From the NCBI GenBank assembly GCA_036253495.1, contig GCA_036253495.1_4125.1: 64,000 bases of DNA. One strand, 5' to 3'. Positions 48,325 to 56,913 of the stretch are shown here, piece after piece (position 1 is the first letter of the stretch; each line of letters starts with the position of its first letter). The DNA comes from a phage. A program made the position numbers and the translations under genes. The notes under the pieces are model-generated. The model was not told the DNA's origin. It saw only the letters and a list, made by a program, of their open reading frames with translations, and made no database searches.

Positions 48325-48352
48325 GCAGTATAAGCAATTTAAGGAGACTAAA

Positions 48353-49024
48353 ATGAAACTCAATCCACAAAGCAAACGATACCTACAGCACTTCAAGTAC
48401 CTGCAATCAATCCAGGCTGAATCTACCACTAATGCATATACTTATCACCCTAATGTACTAAAGAACCTAAAGAAAAGTAAAAAAACCAGTACAAATGGAG
48501 TTAACGTATCAAAGAACCTTGAATTGTACATGAAGAAAAATAATATAGCTGTTCATTATATGAATATCTATAATACTGATTTAAAAGTATTGAGTACTAA
48601 TACGAGCATGAAGGTACTAAAGAACGCATCCTTCATCATCCATATGCAGTTGGATAATACCCCGTGCACTTTAATGCTATACTTCGGGAATACATACTTC
48701 TTCGGGAATTGTAACACCTCCCACGATGTCAATACAGCACAATTCCAAATGGGTGGCATATACAGTATGGGTTCAGAAGAAATACACGATAACATGCATT
48801 TCTTCCAACAGCAACGTACAGAAGAAACTAAATCAATTGTAGAATTCCTCAAAGAACTAGAACACAAAGAATTATCAGAAGAAGAACTATTCATGTACAG
48901 TACTGTAATCGATAATCCTGTACTGTACAAAAACGCGTACAATCTTACAAAACATGTACAGGAACTTATCAGTACTAATAAGAAAATTCATCACCTCATT
49001 ACATATATTACAAACTATGCATAA
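48353..49024 (+). CDS. larger protein embedded in the small-protein array
   Basis: 223 aa; N-terminus RYLQHFKYLQ resembles the family start. Confidence 0.55.
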   Translation: MKLNPQSKRYLQHFKYLQSIQAESTTNAYTYHPNVLKNLKKSKKTSTNGVNVSKNLELYMKKNNIAVHYMNIYNTDLKVLSTNTSMKVLKNASFIIHMQLDNTPCTLMLYFGNTYFFGNCNTSHDVNTAQFQMGGIYSMGSEEIHDNMHFFQQQRTEETKSIVEFLKELEHKELSEEELFMYSTVIDNPVLYKNAYNLTKHVQELISTNKKIHHLITYITNYA

Positions 49025-49199
49025 AGAATACTACGTAAGTAAACTTACAATAGATCTCCAAAAACTTATTCCCCAAAAACCTGTAGATTTCAAAGATAAA
49101 AGCCAAACTATATTCTACCGATATCAAACAGAATCTGCAATAAATGAAGATGATATCTATAACTTGTACAATGTACTAACACTTATATACAGGTACTAA
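49017..49199 (+). CDS. small tandem-family protein 10
   Basis: Start at MHKEYYVSKL (track ORF from 48954); ends LTLIYRY. Confidence 0.55.
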   Translation: MHKEYYVSKLTIDLQKLIPQKPVDFKDKSQTIFYRYQTESAINEDDIYNLYNVLTLIYRY

Positions 49200-49200
49200 T

Positions 49201-49389
49201 ATGCACAAAGAATACTACACAAAATATTTCCCAATGTACCTCATAACTAATCTATTAGATAAACCTCGCGGTATCAATGCACAAAACGATAAAAAGTACT
49301 TTACTATGTGCACTAAAGCATGTATACAAGATTATGATAGCTATCATCGAGCACTGTACCACACCCTGTACCTCGCATTCGTGTACTAA
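49201..49389 (+). CDS. small tandem-family protein 11
   Basis: MHKEYYTKYF ... CTKAC ... LYLAFVY. Confidence 0.6.
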   Translation: MHKEYYTKYFPMYLITNLLDKPRGINAQNDKKYFTMCTKACIQDYDSYHRALYHTLYLAFVY

Positions 49390-49398
49390 GGAAATAAT

Positions 49399-49584
49399 AT
49401 GCATAAAGAATACTACATAAATAAACTCCCAATGCATCTACAATACCTTGTACCAACAAAACCATTGGGTATAGAAAAAGACTACGAAAAAGACTACTTC
49501 GTTAAGTGCACTAAATCCTCGATAGATATTGACGACTATAATCGAGTACTGTATCACATCCTTTTACTAATATATAAGTACTAA
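49399..49584 (+). CDS. small tandem-family protein 12
   Basis: MHKEYYINKL ... CTKSS ... LLLIYKY. Confidence 0.6.
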   Translation: MHKEYYINKLPMHLQYLVPTKPLGIEKDYEKDYFVKCTKSSIDIDDYNRVLYHILLLIYKY

Positions 49585-49585
49585 T

Positions 49586-49774
49586 ATGAACGACTATAAA
49601 GAATACTACCAAGATAAACTCCCAATGCATCTCCAACACCTTGTGCCAACAAAACCATTGGGCATAAAAGATCATGCAAAAATAATGTTCCAACAATGTA
49701 CTAAGTACACCCTAATATACGATGACAATCCATATATGCTGTACTACATAACAATGCTAATATTCAGGTACTAA
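49586..49774 (+). CDS. small tandem-family protein 13
   Basis: MNDYKEYYQDKL ... CTKYT ... TMLIFRY. Confidence 0.6.
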   Translation: MNDYKEYYQDKLPMHLQHLVPTKPLGIKDHAKIMFQQCTKYTLIYDDNPYMLYYITMLIFRY

Positions 49775-49776
49775 TC

Positions 49777-49977
49777 ATGTATAAAGAATACTATATGAGT
49801 AAACTATCAAGCACCGAAAGAATCTGGTGCGAAGCCGCCGCCCCCGTTAATCCAAAAAGTGCATACGCAAAAATGGGCTTTAGGAAAGCTACAACGAACT
49901 CAATTGAAGCTCTAGAACAAGATGACACTAAAGCACTATACTCTAACCTAATGTTGCTAGTATATATCTATGGATAA
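49777..49977 (+). CDS. small tandem-family protein 14
   Basis: MYKEYYMSKL ... LMLLVYIYG. Confidence 0.55.
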   Translation: MYKEYYMSKLSSTERIWCEAAAPVNPKSAYAKMGFRKATTNSIEALEQDDTKALYSNLMLLVYIYG

Positions 49978-50161
49978 TTATAAAGAATACTATAAACAAT
50001 TTGTTAAAGAGAACTACAAAGATGCCGTCCCCGTAATCCCTTTAAATTCCCATGACCCAAGTTCTATATTCTTGTTTAAGGACGCAATACGTACAGTACT
50101 CAATACTAAAGATGAACAGGTGCAGTACGTATTCTTACTATTACTTATATACAGACACTAA
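49970..50161 (+). CDS. small tandem-family protein 15
   Basis: MDNYKEYYKQF ... LLLLIYRH. Confidence 0.55.
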   Translation: MDNYKEYYKQFVKENYKDAVPVIPLNSHDPSSIFLFKDAIRTVLNTKDEQVQYVFLLLLIYRH

Positions 50162-50162
50162 T

Positions 50163-50360
50163 ATGAATGACCATAAAGAATTCTATATAAGTAAACTCAA
50201 AGAGAATGAACAAGTATGGATTAACGCTCTAATCCCTCTACCAATGACTCGATATGAATTTAATAAATGTACTAATATAGCAATAGACCCTTCTCCTGTT
50301 CTAGAGAATGTACAGTACAATCAGTACTACTATATCTTAATGCTTATATATAGGAAGTAA
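50163..50360 (+). CDS. small tandem-family protein 16
   Basis: Start at MNDHKEFYISKL (track ORF from 50052); ends LMLIYRK. Confidence 0.55.
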   Translation: MNDHKEFYISKLKENEQVWINALIPLPMTRYEFNKCTNIAIDPSPVLENVQYNQYYYILMLIYRK

Positions 50361-50990
50361 TTAAACACATATAGCTAGGGGAAGCTCCGTAGTGCAAGCA
50401 TTATACAGGCTTTAACATATGTTGCATATGTTAAAATTCAGCCTGGACAAATGCGATCACTAGGATTCTCCCCAGGCTAAACCCCGTAATCATAAGTAAT
50501 CATATATAAACATTTAAGTAATCATTTATAATCATTGTAGTGAACAGTATTGAGTACTAGAGTGCAGGAATGATTCAGAATGATTCAGTACTGATATCCC
50601 ACTAAGTAGGCAAATGAAGTCGCCCAAAATTTACATAATTTTACAGTACTGAACAATTGCAAAACAAATCATTTCCAATCAAAAGTAATCACGGAATGAC
50701 CAGTACTGAAAACTCCCAATCACCTATTCAAAAAAGTTCAATTTACCCTTTGTCAAAAATCCCGAATACCCATTGGGGAAAATTCCGAATACCCCTTGAG
50801 GCTCCAGCAAAAAGTTGGTTAGTACTCCATCGTAAATCTGGATCGTAAAAATTTTGGAGTACCTATGAAATAAAAGTTGGATCTTCGAAAGTTGAAATTT
50901 ACATTGGGACATATAGGATTAGTGGGATATAATGAGTTTTGAAGAGATACAGAGTATACGATTTCAGTACTGAATAATGGAAGAAATCTA

Positions 50991-51018
50991 TTGACATTAT
51001 GATTCAGTACTGTATAAT
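50991..51018 (+). promoter_or_regulatory. orphan sigma70-like promoter in the ORF-free region
   Basis: TTGACA, 16 bp spacer, extended -10 TGTATAAT; no ORF follows; T-run near 51131-51141. Confidence 0.45.
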
Positions 51019-51150
51019 GTTCTACATAGAGTGATGAATTGCCGCAAACAATTCAGAGCCTTAGCCCTCCTGTCGTGAGACAGTACAGAAGAGATTGAAT
51101 CCTCCTATGCAGTGGTTCATCTTTGACAACCTCTTTTTTCGTAATATAAA

Positions 51151-51218
51151 CAGTACTGTTATTAACAGAATGGTAGCAGTACTGTTATTAACAGAATGGT
51201 AGCAGTACTGATATTAAT
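51151..51218. repeat. 26-bp tandem direct repeat, about 2.5 copies
   Basis: CAGTACTGTTATTAACAGAATGGTAG twice, then a partial third copy. Confidence 0.8.
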
Positions 51219-51454
51219 CTAATATAATGTTACCATGCAATGTGGTGAATTTCCCTTAACAGTATTCAGTACTACATGATAGTCTTCATCCTCCTAGGGT
51301 AACATAGTGAGGGCTATGATGGCAGTACTGAATACTCCCTTCTTAAAGATAGATCTATGGTATAGTACTGACGGATTTTGGGCGTAGTAACCCTGGGTGG
51401 ATTTTGGACGTAGAGATGCCTAGCCCTCCAGAAGTCTGGAAGTAAAGATGGCTA

Positions 51455-51570
51455 TCCCTCTAGACGGCTGGATGGCTGGATGGCTAGATTTCTAGATGGC
51501 TGTACTGCTAGACGTTTGGACGGCTAAACGGCTAGATGGTTAAACGTCTGGATGTATAGACGGTTAAATC
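51455..51570. repeat. iteron-like array of short degenerate direct repeats
   Basis: GGCTGGAT / GGCTAGAT / GACGGCTAAAC / AGACGGTTAAA units repeated about ten times, followed by an AT-rich T-run. Confidence 0.7.
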
Positions 51571-51731
51571 AAAATTTTTATTTTGTTTTTTCCAATAGTT
51601 CCCCTACCGCGTGGGGATGGTTTCCCCGCAGTATCTGGAGTTAGATTTTTCTGAATCTGGAAACATTATCCCAGTTTTAGCGGGGTATGTCAACCGCCTG
51701 GATGAATATTTTTAAAAAATAATCTAGTACT

Positions 51732-51806
51732 GAATTTTGGGCGTAACTATGCACCCGGTGGGCTAGAGTCTTTCTCGACTTGATGAAATAATTATAGCAG
51801 TACTGA
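51732..51806 (+). repeat. conserved noncoding element family A, copy 1
   Basis: ATTTTGGGCGTA..GCACCCGGTGGGCTAGAG..TGATG.AATAATTATAGCAGTACTG. Confidence 0.6.
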
Positions 51807-51906
51807 ATTATAAAAGCAATAGCCTAAGTGTAAAAAGTTTTAATTAATTTGCTTGCCATCCTGGGGCGTACTATGGTACTATGATTCAGTACTGAGAAAG
51901 TACTTT

Positions 51907-51933
51907 GACCCGCTAGGGTGCGGGAGTGTATCC
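51907..51933 (+). repeat. conserved noncoding element family B, copy 1
   Basis: CCCGCTAGGGTGCGGGAGTGTATCC. Confidence 0.5.
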
Positions 51934-51946
51934 TTTTTAAATTTAC

Positions 51947-52015
51947 TGAATTTTGGGCGTAGTTCCGCACCCCCTGGGGTATCCGCTTTCTCGCGTCTAT
52001 GTAGTAATTATACGC
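51947..52015 (+). repeat. conserved noncoding element family A, copy 2
   Basis: ATTTTGGGCGTAGTTCCGCACCCCCTGGGGTATCC..TCTATGTAGTAATTATACGC. Confidence 0.6.
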
Positions 52016-52264
52016 TTTTTTAGTACTGAGTCAATAGCTAAAAACAAAATAATTGAAAATAATTTAACGCGTTTAAACGGCCCGTAAAGCCCTGGATTGT
52101 TGGGAGTGGTGCAAATGTATAGCTTAGGTGTATTAATGCGTTAGAATGCGTCTGAGGCCGTTTTAAGGGTATAGTACTGAATAATTGTACTCACTGGATT
52201 GATTCAGTACTGAATGATAGTACTCCTATATAGAAAGAAAACTATTTTAAAAGTATTTGCAGAA

Positions 52265-52327
52265 AGTACTTGCATACTATGTTTAAGGGCGTATAATGTT
52301 TTACATCGAGACGGGGGAAACGCTCCT
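52265..52327 (+). promoter_or_regulatory. promoter with 5' hairpin
   Basis: AGTACTTGCAT -35, TATAAT, then GACGGGGGAAACGCTCC. Confidence 0.6.
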
Positions 52328-52353
52328 AACTCACTTTAATAGGAATTAAAACG

Positions 52354-52716
52354 ATGGCGACTCAAATCACTAAAATCATTGCTAACCTGGTTAACTTTCG
52401 CGAAGAGATGAAAGATCTTCCGGCTGAGACTGTAAAGATTCATATTTCAGCTTATCGGGAATTGATTGCAATGTTGCCGCTTAAGCGTGAACAATACGCC
52501 GCTACTGTGATGCTTGATGCGATGATCCACAAGATGATTGCCAGTGATTTAACGATGGCTTATCAGTACATGGGCGAACTATTTGCGGTGTATAGTAAAC
52601 CAGTGCCTGGGATGGAAAGTACAGAAGTATTGCACGGCTTAAACTTAAAACAAGATGCATGGGATAATATGCCTCGTTTCCTGGTATGGGCTGACAGTGG
52701 CAAGATTTACGAATAA
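52354..52716 (+). CDS. hypothetical protein
   Basis: 120 aa ORF. Confidence 0.6.
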   Translation: MATQITKIIANLVNFREEMKDLPAETVKIHISAYRELIAMLPLKREQYAATVMLDAMIHKMIASDLTMAYQYMGELFAVYSKPVPGMESTEVLHGLNLKQDAWDNMPRFLVWADSGKIYE

Positions 52717-52726
52717 GTTTTAAAAA

Positions 52727-52788
52727 GTACTTGCAAAGTAAGTTTAAAAGCGTATAATGTTTTACATCAGGTGGGGAATAGTTCCCCA
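52727..52788 (+). promoter_or_regulatory. promoter with 5' palindromic hairpin
   Basis: AGTACTTGCAA, TATAAT, GTGGGGAATAGTTCCCCAC. Confidence 0.65.
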
Positions 52789-52810
52789 CTATATAAGAGG
52801 ATTTTTAATT

Positions 52811-53050
52811 ATGGCTACTACTAAAACTTTCAACGGTCACAAAAACAAAACTCATTGGAATGTAAGCCTTTGGATTAATAACGATGAGTCATTGTATCGT
52901 CTGGCGAAAGAATTTATCGACGCTAATACTAATCGTAATGATGCGGCCCGTCATATGATGCTATTTTTAGAACAAATTGGACAAGATAAAACTCCAGACG
53001 GTTTCAAGTATAGCACTACGGCGATCCGTGCTGCAATGGTTGGAATGTAA
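52811..53050 (+). CDS. hypothetical small protein
   Basis: ATG 52811 after AGAGGA; track ORF from 52757. Confidence 0.6.
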   Translation: MATTKTFNGHKNKTHWNVSLWINNDESLYRLAKEFIDANTNRNDAARHMMLFLEQIGQDKTPDGFKYSTTAIRAAMVGM

Positions 53051-53132
53051 GAGAATAGATTTAAAGTACTATTGCACGGTGATAGTACTTTATAATAGAT
53101 TTCTTTTATACAACAACGATAGGGGTAACAGC

Positions 53133-53399
53133 ATGAATATTATATACTTTGCAACGCGTGAACAAGCTCGGCAAGCGGCAAAGGTTGACGGTGCAACGTT
53201 TAAAGATATGGGCGTACAATCTGAACGTGGTAAACGTTGGGCCGTAGTAAAGCAAAGTACAGCCCGATCAATTCAGTACTGGCTATCGGCTTTAAAGAGT
53301 CCTGATAGTGTATCGCGTCGAGTGGTAGAAATAAAGCACGACCGCAAGGGCAACCGTGTTACTGTGTACAGTACTAAAAAGATTGCAGTACTTGAATAA
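53133..53399 (+). CDS. hypothetical small protein
   Basis: ATG 53133; track ORF from 52977. Confidence 0.55.
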   Translation: MNIIYFATREQARQAAKVDGATFKDMGVQSERGKRWAVVKQSTARSIQYWLSALKSPDSVSRRVVEIKHDRKGNRVTVYSTKKIAVLE

Positions 53400-53401
53400 A
53401 A

Positions 53402-53463
53402 GTACTTGCAAAGTAATTAGATTAACGTATAATACTTTCTATCAGGTGGGGAATAGTTCCCCA
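53402..53463 (+). promoter_or_regulatory. promoter with 5' palindromic hairpin
   Basis: AGTACTTGCAA, TATAAT, GTGGGGAATAGTTCCCCAC. Confidence 0.65.
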
Positions 53464-53486
53464 CTACAAATAAGAGGATTTTTAAA

Positions 53487-53717
53487 ATGGCTATTATGTA
53501 TATGACCGAAGTTAAAACCGTAAAAGATACTACCACTAATAAAACTACTTACTTACAGCGGGTATGCGGTGTATGGCAACGTATTAGTAAAGCAAAGTAC
53601 TTTAAATTAACATCATATGCTAATCGTTCGGATTCATTCAGTACTGAAATAAAAGGTAATAAATTACACCAATACGGCACTTATTATTATTATAGCCTGG
53701 ACGCGATTGCAGTCTAA
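53487..53717 (+). CDS. hypothetical small protein
   Basis: 76 aa, AGAGGA RBS. Confidence 0.55.
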   Translation: MAIMYMTEVKTVKDTTTNKTTYLQRVCGVWQRISKAKYFKLTSYANRSDSFSTEIKGNKLHQYGTYYYYSLDAIAV

Positions 53718-53799
53718 GCAGTTTACAAATCTTTACAATTGCCGGTATTGACTTATTTTGTCAGTACTGGCATAATGTATCTATTGAAACGAACAATTT

Positions 53800-53824
53800 G
53801 GCCCACGGGGTGCGGGAGTGTATC
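53800..53824 (+). repeat. conserved noncoding element family B, copy 2
   Basis: GGCCCACGGGGTGCGGGAGTGTATC. Confidence 0.5.
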
Positions 53825-53855
53825 TATAGAAAAAGTAGTTTAGTACAGTTACAAT

Positions 53856-53905
53856 TGTGCACCCTATGGGTTAGCTGTTGTCATGGGGTATATTATACCA
53901 GTACT
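53856..53905 (+). repeat. conserved noncoding element family A-like, copy 3
   Basis: GTGCACCCTATGGGTTAGCTG..ATTATACCAGTACT. Confidence 0.45.
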
Positions 53906-53964
53906 TGATAATGCTGTCAATACTTTTTTTTTACTATTCAGTACTGAAAACTATTTTTTAAAAA

Positions 53965-54037
53965 GTACTTGCATACTATGTTTAAAGGCGTATAATGTTT
54001 TACATCAGGACGGGGAACGAAATAAGTAACTCCCCGT
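53965..54037 (+). promoter_or_regulatory. promoter with long 5' hairpin / leader element
   Basis: AGTACTTGCAT, TATAAT, then ACGGGGAACGAAATAAGTAACTCCCCGT; leader resembles 57001-57050. Confidence 0.55.
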
Positions 54038-54085
54038 TAAGTAGCCCAGGAGTAAGGCACACGAAAAACTCCCCTGATAAAATAG

Positions 54086-54113
54086 TTTGACAAATGTTTT
54101 TAAAAGCGTATAA
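54086..54113 (+). promoter_or_regulatory. sigma70-like promoter
   Basis: TTGACA, 16 bp spacer, TATAAT. Confidence 0.55.
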
Positions 54114-54146
54114 TACTTACATCAACTACTGAATGAGAGTTACAAA

Positions 54147-54821
54147 ATGAAAACTATCACTACTACTACTTTCGTTATGGATTTTTCTGAATTGAATGAG
54201 GGTGGCAAAGCGAAAACTATCACTACTACTACTTATGTTATGGCTTTTTCTGAATTGACCGCAGAACAACAAACGTCAGCTATCGAACTGGTTCGGGATC
54301 GTGAGCGTTCATGCGGGGATGATTTCTTTTCTGAGTCAGTGATCGAATACTATAAAGAAACATTATTGCCGGAATATGGCATTAATGACGCAGATTTACG
54401 ATTCAGTGGTTTTTGGTCGCAGGGTGACGGTGCATCAATCAGTACTGATCACGTTGACGGTGTGAAGTTTTTACGCAAGATTAAAGCATTAACTAAGTAT
54501 CGTTCTATCCGTCACCTGCTGAATGAAGATGATTTGGCAATGAGTGTAAAGCGTTCTCACTCCCACTACTCGCATGAAAACACTGTAAGCGGGTACATTG
54601 AATCGGCTTACACTGATTTAACCGCAAAACAAGAAACGTTAGTTAATGAGCTTGAGGAACTACTCACTGAAACTATTCGTGAATTATCTCGCAAGTTGTA
54701 CCGTGATTTAGAGAATGCATATGAGGATCAATTCACTACTGAGAACATTGTAGCACTGATTGAGGGTAACGAATATCAATTCAATGTTATTGATGGCGTA
54801 GTAGAATCAATCGAATATTAA
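54147..54821 (+). CDS. hypothetical protein with N-terminal internal duplication
   Basis: 224 aa; KTITTTTFVMDFSEL repeated as KTITTTTYVMAFSEL. Confidence 0.6.
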   Translation: MKTITTTTFVMDFSELNEGGKAKTITTTTYVMAFSELTAEQQTSAIELVRDRERSCGDDFFSESVIEYYKETLLPEYGINDADLRFSGFWSQGDGASISTDHVDGVKFLRKIKALTKYRSIRHLLNEDDLAMSVKRSHSHYSHENTVSGYIESAYTDLTAKQETLVNELEELLTETIRELSRKLYRDLENAYEDQFTTENIVALIEGNEYQFNVIDGVVESIEY

Positions 54822-54838
54822 TTCAGTACTGAATCAAT

Positions 54839-54857
54839 GGCGGGAGTGGTTCCCGCC
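54839..54857 (+). promoter_or_regulatory. 5' palindromic hairpin (no obvious own promoter)
   Basis: GGCGGGAGTGGTTCCCGCC just upstream of the RBS of 54878. Confidence 0.5.
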
Positions 54858-54877
54858 TATAACCAGGAGTAAGCATC

Positions 54878-55111
54878 ATGATCGAACAAATTCAAACGAC
54901 TACTAGCCGGAGCGGAACGAAAGTACATTCCATCGCTGATACTGATAAAGGTGTACCCTATTGTGCTGTACACGTAAACACTGACGGTGACTATTGGTTA
55001 ACTGTATACGGGCGTTACTCGTTTGCTTTTAGTGCACATAGTAAGATCCTGGAAGTAGTGAAGCCAACGGGTAAAAATATTACCGCTGAAATGTTTTATA
55101 AAAAGCACTAA
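54878..55111 (+). CDS. hypothetical small protein; paralog of 56247..56483
   Basis: Shared GVPYCAVHVNTDG.YW.TVYG ... PTGKNITAEMFYKK. Confidence 0.65.
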   Translation: MIEQIQTTTSRSGTKVHSIADTDKGVPYCAVHVNTDGDYWLTVYGRYSFAFSAHSKILEVVKPTGKNITAEMFYKKH

Positions 55112-55114
55112 AAA

Positions 55115-55176
55115 GTACTTGCAAAGTAATTAGATTAACGTATAATACTTTATATCGAGAGCGGGAATAGTTCCCG
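55115..55176 (+). promoter_or_regulatory. promoter with 5' palindromic hairpin
   Basis: AGTACTTGCAA, TATAAT, GCGGGAATAGTTCCCGC. Confidence 0.65.
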
Positions 55177-55196
55177 CCTATACTGAGGATTATCTA

Positions 55197-55478
55197 ATGA
55201 GCAAAGTAATTAACTATACAGTACTAAGCAAGTCATTGTCTATCAGTGAGTGCACCGATGGTTATTGGCTTTATGATGAAACGCGTGGCATGAATTTAGC
55301 TATGCAGGAGAAAACTACTGATGCGGCATATCTTAAAGCACTGGAATACTACCAGAAGCGTTTAAAGGAAGTAGAAAACGATTATAATAACCTGAAAGCG
55401 AAAGTAGATAATTTCGTTGGTCAATTCGTTGACGATGACGAGGGGCACTACTGCGACCGTTGCGGATCTTACAGTTAA
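55197..55478 (+). CDS. hypothetical small protein
   Basis: 93 aa; C-terminal CDRCGSYS. Confidence 0.6.
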   Translation: MSKVINYTVLSKSLSISECTDGYWLYDETRGMNLAMQEKTTDAAYLKALEYYQKRLKEVENDYNNLKAKVDNFVGQFVDDDEGHYCDRCGSYS

Positions 55479-55495
55479 GTACTAAGGATTATATA

Positions 55496-55699
55496 ATGAG
55501 TGATTTAATTGAACGTATCAAAGAGCTTGAAGAAAAAGAATTGCAGCTAATCGGCTTACAGAATAAAATCTATCATGATTTGGGGAGTTTTATCAATGCC
55601 TGGGATAGTGGCGATCCTGATGCGTTACCTGCTAACCGCCAGGCGATGATCAATGATGTGCGTCGTGTCTTTGAGTATGTTTTTAAGCAATTAAATTAA
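55496..55699 (+). CDS. hypothetical small protein
   Basis: ATG 55496 after TAAGGA; track ORF from 55460. Confidence 0.55.
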   Translation: MSDLIERIKELEEKELQLIGLQNKIYHDLGSFINAWDSGDPDALPANRQAMINDVRRVFEYVFKQLN

Positions 55700-55702
55700 A
55701 AA

Positions 55703-55765
55703 GTACTTGCAATTAGTTTTCAGTACTGTATAATAGTTTACATCAAGGGGAGAAATGGTTCTCCC
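55703..55765 (+). promoter_or_regulatory. promoter with 5' palindromic hairpin
   Basis: AGTACTTGCAA, CAGTACTGTATAAT, GGGGAGAAATGGTTCTCCC. Confidence 0.65.
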
Positions 55766-55784
55766 TGGTAATGAGGAAAATACA

Positions 55785-56006
55785 ATGGCTAACATTACTA
55801 CCCTTTCCCAACTTGAAGCACTGGTTAAATCTATGCGGGAACATGCCGACAATATCGGCGTAAAAGATCCAGCCGTTTGCTTCTGCGACGATGTAAATGA
55901 TGATACACTGGTAATAGCAGAAGTCCAGGACGTTTCTAACTATTCATCGCGTTACACTGGCGGTGTAGCAAATAAAGGTGACTTCTGTTTATACCTTACT
56001 AAGTAA
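55785..56006 (+). CDS. hypothetical small protein
   Basis: ATG 55785 after GAGGAA; track ORF from 55755. Confidence 0.55.
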   Translation: MANITTLSQLEALVKSMREHADNIGVKDPAVCFCDDVNDDTLVIAEVQDVSNYSSRYTGGVANKGDFCLYLTK

Positions 56007-56066
56007 TACAGAGGGGATCGATTGATCCCCTTTATTTTGCAGTACTGAATCATTTAATAGACGGAT

Positions 56067-56127
56067 CTATGCACCCGGTGGGTTAGAGACTGTATCGTCT
56101 TGATGTAGTAATTATGCCAGTACTGGA
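56067..56127 (+). repeat. conserved noncoding element family A, copy 4
   Basis: CTATGCACCCGGTGGGTTAGAG..TCTTGATGTAGTAATTATGCCAGTACTGG. Confidence 0.6.
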
Positions 56128-56169
56128 TGCAGTTGTCAAGAACTATTTTTCAAATACTTTTTATTAAAA

Positions 56170-56225
56170 TACTTGCTAATAGTTTTTAAACGCGTATAAT
56201 GTTTTGCATAGGGGAGCGGTTCCCC
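56170..56225 (+). promoter_or_regulatory. promoter with 5' palindromic hairpin
   Basis: TACTTGCTA, TATAAT, GGGGAGCGGTTCCCC. Confidence 0.6.
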
Positions 56226-56246
56226 TGGTAACTAAGGAATAAGAAA

Positions 56247-56483
56247 ATGCTTGAACAAATCAAAACAACGTCTGCGAATGTAACGGGAACGGTATCACAC
56301 TTTATTGGTGATGAATCGCGGGGCGTACCCTATTGTGCTGTACATGTAAACACTGATGGCAACTACTGGTTTACGGTTTACGGATCTTATTCATTTGGTC
56401 GACCTGGACATCAAAAAATCCTGGATAAAGTACAGCCAACGGGTAAAAATATCACTGCTGAAATGTTTTATAAAAAATCATAA
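56247..56483 (+). CDS. hypothetical small protein; paralog of 54878..55111
   Basis: 78 aa; same conserved core. Confidence 0.65.
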   Translation: MLEQIKTTSANVTGTVSHFIGDESRGVPYCAVHVNTDGNYWFTVYGSYSFGRPGHQKILDKVQPTGKNITAEMFYKKS

Positions 56484-56484
56484 A

Positions 56485-56546
56485 GTACTTGCAATTAGTT
56501 TTTAGTACTGTATAATATTTTACATAGCAAGGGGGAACGGTTCCCC
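56485..56546 (+). promoter_or_regulatory. promoter with 5' palindromic hairpin
   Basis: AGTACTTGCAA, TAGTACTGTATAAT, GGGGGAACGGTTCCCC. Confidence 0.65.
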
Positions 56547-56566
56547 TGGTAACTAAGGATAATCAA

Positions 56567-56866
56567 ATGAAAATTGCAATCATCGCCCTGGCTTTATCTG
56601 TTTCCTCTTTCGCTGTTAATGCGTCATTAGATGTACCTGGTGATAAATTCATTCAGTGCACAGTAGCAATGACAGATGAAAGTACTGGCGAGATTGTTTT
56701 AAAGGATCTGGAATTACAGCCAGAAGCATTTAAAAACGGGCCGTTCCATGAAGAAGACGAAAAAGGTAGCACAACAATTTATTATGATGCAATGAAAAAA
56801 CGTGGTTCTGTCACTGTTATGGATACTGAGAAAGTAACGCATACAGGCGTTATTAACTGCCTATAA
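56567..56866 (+). CDS. putative secreted small protein
   Basis: Signal peptide MKIAIIALALSVSSFAVNAS. Confidence 0.6.
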   Translation: MKIAIIALALSVSSFAVNASLDVPGDKFIQCTVAMTDESTGEIVLKDLELQPEAFKNGPFHEEDEKGSTTIYYDAMKKRGSVTVMDTEKVTHTGVINCL

Positions 56867-56886
56867 TACATCAGTACTGAATCACT

Positions 56887-56913
56887 AGCCCACTATAAGC
56901 AGTGGGCTTTTTT
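56887..56913 (+). terminator. Rho-independent terminator
   Basis: AGCCCACTATAAGCAGTGGGCT + T-run. Confidence 0.75.

Noticed and set aside
50657-50912. Track ORFs 50657..50848 (+) and 50724..50912 (-) in the noncoding region
   Set aside because: Mutually overlapping, no RBS, low-complexity translation; the region is better explained as repeats and regulatory DNA.
50361-52353. Possible tRNA cluster in the ORF-free region
   Set aside because: No cloverleaf signatures (D-loop AGCTCAGTTGG-type or T-loop GGTTCGAATCC-type boxes) were found by eye. A formal tRNA scan should still be run.
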